Under the pieces are notes generated by a model. That model saw only the letters and a program-made list of their open reading frames with translations, was not told the origin of the DNA and did no database searches. Of a stretch of 64,000 nt of DNA, positions 57,701-64,000 are shown one piece after another. The DNA is from Raja brachyura (taxonomy: Eukaryota): assembly GCA_963514005.1 (NCBI GenBank), contig OY740807.1:20646001-20710000 (forward strand). The letters run 5' to 3'. Each line of letters opens with the position of its first letter. The stretch's first letter is position 1. The position numbers and the translations under genes were made by a program.

Positions 57701-60318
57701 CCGGAAACATTTCAATTACAAGTCTCCTAATTTGAATTGATGTCTGTAATTTATAAGACACAATAAGACAAAATATCTTAAACAGGTTTTTTTCAGCAGA
57801 AAATGTTTCGAAACTAGTCTTACGCGGTTTTATTGCAGGAAAGAATATTAGAAAATGCCTTTGGAATTTCTTCTTCCCACATGACAGACAAACATTCTAG
57901 TCAATTTGATAAATCTTTGGAATTGTCTCCCACCCCACTGAGCAGGCCCTCTCTGATCTAATCTAACATGCTTACTAACCAATGTTATATTCACCTCTCG
58001 TAGACCTGGTGTACCTGATCTTTCTGAAGGACAGCACAGGCTTTCAACTAATCATTTTTGTAACTTGTACATTTTAATACCGATAAAATAGCTTTCAATG
58101 AACTTTGCGCTCACAATCAAATGAAATGTGCAATGTTTCAGTGTTCTCCACATACATACAAAGTTAAAATAATTCATCTCTTGACTTTAATTGAAATGGG
58201 TCATTTTGAGTGGCCGCAAGTAGTTGGGTGCAGTGTAACTACATGTCACTTTTATGAATATCTACTTTCCTATTAAGATATGAAGTGATGGTTCTGGTTC
58301 TGATAGCTGGTGAATTGATGAAACCTGGTATTTTATAATAGGCTGAGCTGTGACTTCAATGAGCTATGTGGAAAACACTGACACAAAATGATAGAGATGA
58401 CTTAGAGTTGATTTTGTCTTGTCTATGTTTCTTCTAATCTGGTAATTTGATGATTCACCTAATTTGCAAATTTTGAAAAGCCAAGGCTTTCACTGCCTGA
58501 TTATCGGACTTCTGAATTTTTTTTTTTCAGATTGCATTTCTTCATATGAGATAAATCTCTAATCTAACAGTGATTTTAATTACGTTGTATTCATATAGAT
58601 TTTATAATCTTCACCGGTTGACATTTTCAGAAGCAATTCAATTGTCTCTTTTCAATAATTGAGTCTGGCTTTATGGAGGCTTTCTAATTACATTACTTGT
58701 TAATTACCATTGCACACCAGAACATAATCAGTGTTCAAAAGTACAATCCAGTCTTTTGGTGAGTTTGACAAGAGCTCGCTATTTAAAAAGGCCTATTCCC
58801 TAACTGCATCAAACAAAGCTTACTCAGTGGAAACAAGAAGCTGATGATGCTGGTTTACAAAAAAAGACGCAAAGTGCTGGAGTAACTCAGTGGGTCAGGC
58901 AGCATCTCCGAAGAACATGGATTGGTGATGTTTTGCGTTTGAAGGAGAGTCCGGACCCAAAACATTACCTATCCATGTTCTGCAGAGATGCTGCCTGATG
59001 TGCTGAGTTACTCCAGCACTTTGTGGCCTACTAAAGCTTATTTGAGATAATGCACCAGATTACTTCTCGAGTTTTCTCCCCATTCCTCTAGTTTATACAG
59101 GATATTGGTTCTATAGCTGACAACAGGCCTCTGGTTTATGTGAGCCTCAGCTTTAATTGTTGAAGCTATTGAATCATGGGGCATTAGCGCCTAAACTAAT
59201 TCTGATCTCACCAGTTGTCCTTGGAATATCCAAAAGTAACAACTGACAAGTTTAATTAATTGCTTTCTTACAAAAATAAATTAAATAAACAGCAATCAAA
59301 AGGTAAGACACAGCAGATGCTGGAAATTTGAAATAAAATCAAGAAATAAGGAAAATGCTGTAAATACTTAGGTCAGGCAGCATCTGTGGAAAGAGAAACA
59401 AGGTTAATGTTTCAAGCCTATAATAGTAAACACCAACTAATCTAAATACTCACTGAAATACTGACATTTTTTAACATATGGCAATTCCCTAGTTCAAACT
59501 AAGATTAATGTTCAAGATTACGATTTATATTCAAACAGTCCTCTCTCTTATAAATGCATGTCTAATTCGCATTTGAACATCATTATTTGGTCTGTTCAAA
59601 CCATCATTTAAAGTGATGTCTTTCAGATGTTACTGTAAAAGCAAAATATCTTCATATTCACTCTGGTTCTTTTGACATAAATGCGGATACTAAATTCGAC
59701 ATAGGCCAGGTTCCTAAAGAATCAGACTTGTTTAAAAGACTGGATAAACTGAACACATCAGATATCACGCATGTGCTAACAAAAGTCTATATACATATCT
59801 TTGTGGAACTAATCTTTCCTGTTAATGTGTCTGAAAATCCCAGCAATTATTTGAAGGGAAGAACCATATTGAGCAACTTTTCCTGCATTGGTGCCTGATG
59901 CCTTGGGCAGAGAATTTGGAGAAGGGCATGTTTGTCCCTTGTAAGCATGTCCCAAAGCTCCAGATGCCCAGAGCAGGAAAATCTGCCCGCTGTATTTACA
60001 AGGCATAAGTAGCAACATTTTAATACCCGTACTCTGTGTAGAGTCGTAACTAACCCAGCTTCATTCTTGTCTCTTTTCCTTGTTTGTTTTTGGTGTCCCC
60101 GTTCATTCAGTGCACGTAAGCGGCCAATCCCATACTACAGGCCCAGCCCATCGTCACCCAGCTCCCTCAGCAGTTACTCTTCCTACAGCAGGAGTCAAAG
60201 CCGAAGCTACGACAGCTACAGCTCGTACAGTCGGAGCAGGAGCAGGAGCCGGAGCCGGACTCGCAGTCGGACCGTCAGCTACGACAGTCGTACCAGCTCA
60301 GAGAGTGCAGGCTTCTAG
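3674..60318 (+). CDS. SRRM3: SRRM3 (serine/arginine repetitive matrix 3), 5'-partial. Join of 3674-3703, 5845-5913, 7999-8022, 16843-16893, 20899-21006, 23096-23315, 36979-37325, 47045-47299, 54232-54369, 60111-60318 (1450 nt including stop)
   Basis: All ten segments have AG/GT ends and compatible phases, giving one open frame of Ser/Arg/Lys-rich protein. The eMIC motif is recognised. The C-terminus SSESAGF* resembles the SRRM3 ending (SSSESGGF, from memory) rather than SRRM4. N-terminal exons lie upstream of the window. Confidence 0.92.
3708..3943. mobile_element. PIF/Harbinger-type MITE (236 bp)
   Basis: TIR AGGGCCTGTCCCACTTTCACGACCTAATTCAC at both ends, TAA TSD at 3705-3707 and 3944-3946. 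Confidence 0.9.
4070..4295 (-). mobile_element. CR1 3' end fragment
   Basis: Reverse complement of the 3' UTR found at 7290-7505. Confidence 0.75.
4915..5150 (-). mobile_element. CR1 3' fragment
   Basis: ccacagattcaccaccctctgactaaa encodes FSQRVVNLW on the minus strand. Confidence 0.75.
5845..5913 (+). CDS. SRRM3: SRRM3 exon, (S)[22 protein letters not shown](R)
   Basis: Polypyrimidine tract and catAG acceptor, donor GTggag, 69 nt, phase 2-2. Resembles SCGSSSPLRKKKKSVKKHRRDR. Confidence 0.88.
6670..7505 (+). mobile_element. CR1 LINE, 3' portion, frameshifted
   Basis: [14 protein letters not shown]...QRDLGVQVH...EVMLQLY through to the 3' UTR. Confidence 0.88.
7999..8022 (+). CDS. SRRM3: SRRM3 24-nt microexon, (R)FQKKRRH(R), derived from the ancestral SDSGSRKKRRHR exon
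   Basis: attcAG|G TTC CAG AAA AAG AGG AGG CAT AG|GTaggc, phase 2-2. From 7988 the sequence still reads SDSGS, but it is preceded by CGG, not CAG. Confidence 0.65.
   Translation, partial: VPEKEEA
8262..8829. mobile_element. PIF/Harbinger-type MITE with internal 24-bp minisatellite
   Basis: ~43-bp imperfect TIRs starting AGGGCCTGTCC, TAA TSD at 8259-8261 and 8830-8832, CpG-rich. Confidence 0.88.
8488..8596. repeat. 24-bp minisatellite, ~4.5 copies (gtgcctcygtgnccctctctgtrk)
   Basis: Directly visible tandem units; they give the THREGHRG repeat in ORF 8242-8796. Confidence 0.85.
8900..9900 (+). mobile_element. Highly degraded CR1 ORF2 (pre-RT and RT N-terminal region)
   Basis: Remnants such as [19 protein letters not shown] near 9540-9595 and GNxRSVSLTS near 9630-9660. 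Confidence 0.6.
11545..12005 (+). mobile_element. CR1 3' fragment (young)
   Basis: Intact frame [29 protein letters not shown]...GNFFTQRVV plus 3' UTR. Confidence 0.92.
12195..12365 (-). mobile_element. CR1 3' end, same subfamily as 11545-12005, inverted
   Basis: taaccatataacaattacagca is the reverse complement of the tail at ~11980-12002. Confidence 0.8.
13855..14503 (+). mobile_element. CR1 ORF2 fragment inserted into an older minus-strand CR1
   Basis: ORF 13796-14515 ([16 protein letters not shown]...[13 protein letters not shown]...FFTQ), flanked by ATGTCTCT at 13847-13854 and 14504-14511. Confidence 0.9.
14839..15890. mobile_element. Penelope-derived short element interrupted by a minus-strand CR1 (~14886-15808)
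   Basis: 14-bp TSD CTGTTTTCTATGAG at 14825-14838 and 15891-15904. The inner CR1 reads [12 protein letters not shown]...[10 protein letters not shown]. Confidence 0.8.
16843..16893 (+). CDS. SRRM3: SRRM3 exon, (R)[16 protein letters not shown](R)
   Basis: ttttctccgtAG acceptor, GTatgt donor, 51 nt, phase 2-2. Confidence 0.88.
17325..17955. mobile_element. Degraded Penelope-like fragment with inverted ends
   Basis: ctgcagatgctgg end motif, GIY-YIG C-terminal remnant near 17595-17650, pyrimidine-rich 3' region, decayed hammerhead-like motifs in both orientations. Confidence 0.55.
18250..19280. mobile_element. Degraded CR1 fragments (minus ~18250-18590, plus ~18750-19280)
   Basis: Decayed similarity to CR1 ORF2 C-terminus and 3' UTR. 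Confidence 0.6.
20899..21006 (+). CDS. SRRM3: SRRM3 exon, (R)[35 protein letters not shown](S)
   Basis: cttttcctcaacAG acceptor, GTcagt donor, 108 nt, phase 2-2. Confidence 0.9.
23096..23315 (+). CDS. SRRM3: SRRM3 exon, SHSPSSERR...[10 protein letters not shown]
   Basis: tttgttttccAG acceptor (a second in-frame AG lies 9 nt downstream, start 23105), GTatgt donor, 220 nt, phase 2-0. Confidence 0.88.
25650..25770 (-). mobile_element. Short LINE-3'-end-like repeat; a second copy is split at ~52760-52843 and 53993-54040
   Basis: Shared sequence gattgtaatcatgyattgtctttc...caacaaaagctttt...caataaactaaact. Confidence 0.65.
26040..26260. mobile_element. Palindromic Penelope-derived short element with two opposed hammerhead-like cores
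   Basis: Inverted arms (tgctggagtaactcag...ctaagttgctccagca) centred on ttcttcag-a-ctgaagaa at 26163-26179. Confidence 0.7.
27040..29200 (-). mobile_element. Rex1/Babar-clade LINE, degraded
   Basis: [12 protein letters not shown]...[10 protein letters not shown]...LSWAQHI...[11 protein letters not shown], and YSSAFNTMI (RT). Upstream [15 protein letters not shown]-like segment near 29070-29130. Confidence 0.8.
27880..28008 (-). mobile_element. Penelope-derived short element inserted in the Rex1 copy
   Basis: 14-bp TSD AATTGTCCACCAAT at 27866-27879 and 28009-28022; hammerhead-like core on the minus strand at 27968-27995. Confidence 0.8.
30020..30900 (+). mobile_element. Penelope-like element 3' remnant (GIY-YIG endonuclease pseudogene plus terminal repeat)
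   Basis: From ~30052: [21 protein letters not shown] (cf. YCIxCxxCxLLYIGETKRxLxxRF), then CHxNSPSHS and [15 protein letters not shown]. Decayed hammerhead-like motif at ~30772-30815. Confidence 0.75.
36979..37325 (+). CDS. SRRM3: SRRM3 exon, [15 protein letters not shown]...GRSKSTRAK(K)
   Basis: ctttttctcctgccgcAG acceptor, GTtagt donor, 347 nt, phase 0-2. Matches the RS-rich ORF at 36997. Confidence 0.9.
38943..39446 (-). mobile_element. 5'-truncated L1-clade LINE with 15-bp TSD
   Basis: TSD CATTGACCAGAAATC at 38928-38942 and 39447-39461. Minus strand 39446-39345 reads [33 protein letters not shown], then an AT-rich 3' UTR, AATAAA and an A-rich tail. Confidence 0.85.
40300..41245 (-). mobile_element. 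CR1 ORF2 fragment
   Basis: [26 protein letters not shown], and an RT segment ([20 protein letters not shown]) near 41040-41100. Confidence 0.88.
42729..42792 (+). ncRNA. HDV-like (CPEB3-type) self-cleaving ribozyme fold, lacking the first ~4 nt of P1
   Basis: P2 TGTTGTTG/CAACAACA, P3 ACC/GGT, L3 TCCCCGT, P1 3' strand GAGCCCT (5' remnant CTC), GT linker, P4 CTGAC-CTCA-GTCAG, J4/2 CGAA. Confidence 0.8.
42729..42927 (+). mobile_element. ~200-bp non-autonomous retroelement (Ingi/Vingi-like by inference) inserted in a CR1
   Basis: GC-rich block that interrupts the CR1 motif agattc-acc-accctctg. It starts with an HDV-like fold and ends in (AAG)3; possible 3-bp TSD ACC. Confidence 0.7.
45312..45645 (+). 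mobile_element. tRNA-derived SINE (HE1-like), second copy
   Basis: B box GGTTCAATCC at ~45346-45355; body and tail similar to 2793-3081. Confidence 0.75.
46415..46720. mobile_element. PIF/Harbinger-type MITE, right TIR truncated
   Basis: TAA-AGGTCCTGTCCCAC left end. Inner TIR part ccgagttactcac/gtgagtaactcgg. Internal tctcgtggacattttt...aaaaacg shared with the MITE at 3708. Confidence 0.75.
47045..47299 (+). CDS. SRRM3: SRRM3 exon, [26 protein letters not shown]...RKEQS(R)
   Basis: The RS-rich frame is the third frame, absent from the ORF track. Acceptor tttttctgaAG (alternative in-frame AG gives start 47051), donor GTcggt, 255 nt, phase 2-2. Confidence 0.85.
48100..49080. mobile_element. 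Minus-strand CR1 with a plus-strand CR1 3' fragment (~48490-48952) nested inside
   Basis: CR1 C-terminal motifs in both orientations; acataat flanks the inner copy on both sides. Confidence 0.75.
50718..50889. mobile_element. Palindromic Penelope-derived short element
   Basis: Inverted arms agacacaaaatgctggagtaactc/gagttactccagcattttgtgtct. Flanking repeat AAGAACTRTATGT at 50705-50717 and 50890-50902. Confidence 0.75.
51719..52192. mobile_element. PIF/Harbinger-type MITE, CpG-rich
   Basis: Perfect 40-bp TIR AGGGCCTGTCACACTAGCGCGCGATTAGACGCGATAAGCG. Flanks are TTA and TCA. An extra left-TIR copy starts at 51814. Confidence 0.88.
52844..53992 (+). mobile_element. CR1 LINE, 5'-truncated, RT domain to 3' tail
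   Basis: DKVPHRR...[21 protein letters not shown]...[10 protein letters not shown]; (tattgty) tail; TCGGTA at 52838-52843 and 53993-53998. Confidence 0.92.
54232..54369 (+). CDS. SRRM3: SRRM3 penultimate exon, N-terminal part of eMIC ([27 protein letters not shown])
   Basis: ttttctcctcctaacAG acceptor, GTacac donor, 138 nt. Translation matches the SRRM3/4 eMIC motif. Confidence 0.95.
58823..59032. mobile_element. Palindromic Penelope-derived short element (older)
   Basis: Inverted arms caaagtgctggagtaactcag/ctgagttactccagcactttg. AAAGCTTA at 58815-58822 and 59033-59040. Confidence 0.7.
60111..60318 (+). CDS. SRRM3: SRRM3 last coding exon, (S)[15 protein letters not shown]...SSESAGF*
   Basis: Long pyrimidine tract and ttcAG acceptor, eMIC C-terminal half, RS repeats, TAG at 60316-60318. 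Confidence 0.95.
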
Positions 60319-62900
60319 GATTGGATTTTAAAATGTGCACAAATAAAACTGAGAGTTACAAAAGTAAGTAATGGACTCGTTTTCAAAAGATGGGAACGGA
60401 AGAGAAACTGCAAGCGTCAGTAAACCCAGTAGGTCAGTGCAACCAGATTTATATTATAACAAGTATATATTTATATCAAGACAGCCTTGATGAATTCTTG
60501 GCCCAGGCTCACACAACTTTCAGCACTGATAAAATGAAGTACATAACAGTTTTGCAGTCTTCAAACTCTCTCCCTCCTATGTTTGTCTGGTCACCATCAT
60601 TCAGGAGATTCAAACTATTTGCCTGGTGCTGGGATTTAAGTGAATACGTTTTTTGTAGAAACAAAACTTTAATTATAAACCTCTGCAAATGAATTCTTCC
60701 ACGAAGTTATCTGAACCAAAAGTCAGCAACTTCCTCCAAATATTAAACATGCAGCTATTTAAAAAAACAATTCTTTTCTGGTTGACTGGAATTTTCATTG
60801 AACAAATCGTCAGGAGTTTCCATGCTTATATTTTTGAAGAACCTCTGGATGAAATACTTCAGATGAACAAGTGGACAAGTGAGCATGGAAGTTCTCTACT
60901 TGGTCCTATACGGTAAATGCCAGCTACAAGAGTAGTCTATCAAATTCCTCCTACTGACCTTGTACCAATGGGAAGGGAACTAGGATTAAGTCACTGGTTG
61001 CAAAAATGGAAAACTATGCACTGTAAATATAGTCTAATTAGCAAATGTGGGTTGGGGGGGTGGGGGGAGGTGGGGGGGACAACTGGTGTGCGACCCAAGA
61101 TATCAAAGGGGAATTGTATAATGCAGATGTATGTGGAATTGTGTCCCTTCTTCTAGTTACTTACAAATGGTTGCTAATGAGGCCTGTTTAAGCAACATTG
61201 TTGAGAATGCCTCAAGAAATATATGTTTAAATGTTGTGCAGCAAATGCAATTGTCTTTTCATTACTTTTCTGTTCTCATTATTAGGATTTTATAGGCAAT
61301 ACCTTAACTTATTATCTTGTTAATCAAAATGCTTATTTCATGAAACTCATTATTTTAGGTTAACCCTTCATCCACTAAATGACCATTCTCCAGTGAATAT
61401 TGTGCCACTCTGATTGCACGCAGTATGCTAAGTGTGAGGCACTAGTGTCCAGTCCAACTTTAAGCATTGAATATATTGTAATCCAATACTGTCATTCAGA
61501 CTGAAGGCTTGAACCAAGAGTTTGGTAAACTCATCCGTAGTTCTGAAGTTGGCAGAATGGAGTTGTAGTTTTGATAATCACTGACTTTTCAGTGTCCTAA
61601 AATAAGGGATGAATCTAGAAACATCTAATTTTCCTGCCCACGAGTTGTACAAAAATGATGATATCTCAAACACAAACATTTATTTTTACATTCTCAGAGG
61701 AAAGGAGATCAAATTGACTTAGGTATGTCCTATGGATGTGCAATTTTATGCAGAGCTTTTTCCAGTTGCAGTTATAACATTCAGTGCATACTCATGGTTT
61801 GCAAGCCTTGCTGTTTGCAACATATCCAGTACAACAAACTGAAACATGAAAGTCCAGGAAGTCAAATAATATAGAATGAAAGATAGGTTGTATTTAATTT
61901 AATAAAGGTAGGATGTATTTAACACAAGAGATTGCTTGTCAATCCTGATGCATAATGTTTTATAACCTGAAAAGCAGGAGTATAAGATCTGATGCAGATC
62001 CATAGTAATTGGATTTTTACATTCAATGGTACTAATTTACTTATTATCTTGCAATTCAGCAGAATATTGTAATCTTATTTGATCGTCCCTTTTTTCCCCT
62101 CAGTAAGTGGTTTTATCACATTTCGTCGTATACATTCTCCCATAATTCTGCTAGTCCAGCACCACCAAAGACGCAAGTATGTCAGATTAGAGGAGCTTTA
62201 CTGTATGTGATCATGCAGTAAAAAATATGAAAAAAACAGCAGGCCCATCCCAATAGAATACATCCTATTGTCTGATTTTTGTAAGGATAAACAAGAGCAA
62301 ACTAGAACAAAACCTCCAAACATTCTTAGAGGGTAAAGAGTCCTTGGGATGTTACCTTGGCAAACAATTAAAAAGTGACAATGATACAATGAATGATTCC
62401 ACCACTACCAGCAATATAATTTAACCGAGTTAGACCAACTGTAATCCAAGGATTTCCAAACACAATGGTTATACCACGATCAATTTATTAGCTAGATATT
62501 CAGTAGTGGAAAACATTTCATTGGGGGAGGGGCTTATTGTGGTAGAATCTTTTCACAGCATGTTACATTATAACGTATTATTAAAATTGCCTGCAAATCC
62601 AGGCTCCTTCCCCCAAAAAATGTATTTCAACAATAGCATTGGAAGATATATTTATAAAAGGAACTTGGCAAACCTCTTAATTTATTGCACAAATCTCATT
62701 CATAGAATTTATTGTTAACCCAATAAGAAACATTCAATGTTTGAGTTCTGAGATTTGTCCTTTTGTCTTTTATTTATTTGGTAACAATTAACTTATTTGT
62801 AAATATGTACCTCAGTAGTTAAATGCATTTATTGACAACATAATATATAAAACATGTTTTTTTTTAATATAAAGGTGGCATGTAATAAGCCCCCTTCAGC
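60319..62900 (+). other. Putative SRRM3 3' UTR (3' end uncertain)
   Basis: AT-rich, with no recognisable young TE. AATAAA at 60342-60347 and 61901-61906. TGTAAATA (Pumilio-type) at 61022-61029 and 62798-62805. Confidence 0.5.
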
Positions 62901-64000
62901 CTTGTACGGTTTGGGTTTAATCTGTGTTATGTTGACTTGTATTGTTGAAATGTAGAAGTTCCAATATGCTGCTTTTTTTCCTGTACAGTATTAAATGTGT
63001 TTCTCTTAACTGGTCACCATGAAGAACCGTGTAACACAGATAAGCTAAGTTTTTGAAATATTTAACAGATCCACCCTCCTCAACCCACCAACATGTTTGA
63101 ACCTTAACTGTAAACATTAATACTAACACCAATACTTTGACTCTGTAAAATCAATTCAGACTCTGATTTGATCTGAACCAACTCAATCCAATGTAAAGAA
63201 CAACAATATGTTCCAAAATACAGGAGGCCTGAATCTGGTCAAAACAAACCAGTTTCATTCTGGTTTTGAGTGCTTATTGTCTATTCAGCTGTTCCCATTA
63301 CACTAACCATGTATCACAAGTTAATGAATCATTCAGTTTTATTCTCCATTAGACATGTGATTTCATTTAAAACAACCCCCACCCAAAACAAGCCTTAAAT
63401 TAATCCTAATATAAGTCCAGCTGTGAAGAATGCAGGAAACCAGAGCAGACTTTAATTTTGAAACCAGGTAGAGGCTGGAATTTTCCCCTATTGCCTATCT
63501 AGACATATATACAGGCCAATAATAACATGTCAACAGCACAAGTTTGATACCATCCTGATTAAATTACCTAACTAGTTTATCCGAAGATTTAAGATTTCAA
63601 TCTCACTATGACAGCCAGGTAATTGGAATTCAATAGATTAAATAAGATGGATTTTTTTTTTAAAGCTTGCCCAACATAGCTGTCAGAAAATCTCATGCCT
63701 TTAAAGTGATTTCCTTATCTTATCTGGCTTGGTCTTCCTGCAACTCCTGGCCCACAATGTGGTTGACTCTGAATTACCTCCTCAAGGGTAAATAGGGAAG
63801 GACAATGCAGCCAGTTATATCCACAACCTATGAATGAATAAGAAATTCCTATTAATGAACACAGGGTCATTTTCTCCATGCATCATGAAGTGGCGCTAAC
63901 AGCATACTGTCTGAAATTGGTCAGGGAGGATCATCAGAAGTAATTTATTTTTTTCAGGGCTTAAAGTTTTCTGAATGCAATTGATGAAAGGATCTCACAG

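Noticed and set aside
60111-60318. Assignment to SRRM4 (nSR100) or SRRM2
   Set aside because: The terminal SSESAGF and the order of short upstream exons fit SRRM3; vertebrate SRRM2 lacks the eMIC.
62760-64000. Possible 3' end of a convergent minus-strand gene (TTTATT at 62828-62833)
   Set aside because: No coding exon is visible, and the hexamer is expected by chance in AT-rich sequence.

Overview
Eukaryotic, repeat-rich window, probably from a cartilaginous fish (inferred from the CR1/HER1-like LINEs and HE1-like tRNA-SINEs). It holds the 3' part of one + strand gene, SRRM3, a neural microexon splicing activator. I read ten coding exons between 3674 and 60318 that join in frame through AG/GT sites. 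They encode a Ser/Arg-rich protein with the eMIC domain ([26 protein letters not shown]|[11 protein letters not shown]) and an SRRM3-type C-terminus (..SSESAGF*), followed by a putative long 3' UTR. Introns carry CR1, Rex1/Babar, L1-clade and Penelope-like fragments, tRNA-SINEs and PIF/Harbinger MITEs; most supplied ORFs are TE debris or chance. Main observations: (1) a ~200-bp insertion headed by a near-complete CPEB3/HDV-type ribozyme fold (42729-42927); (2) an exon that seems to have lost its ancestral acceptor and been rescued as an in-frame 24-nt microexon; (3) a MITE inserted inside the 5' splice site of a 30-nt exon; (4) candidate frameshifting microexons in a TE-poor part of the gene's own intron, suggesting autoregulation; (5) short TSD-flanked Penelope-derived elements with minimal hammerhead cores. 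All calls were made by eye. TE boundaries are approximate and nothing was checked against databases or RNA data.
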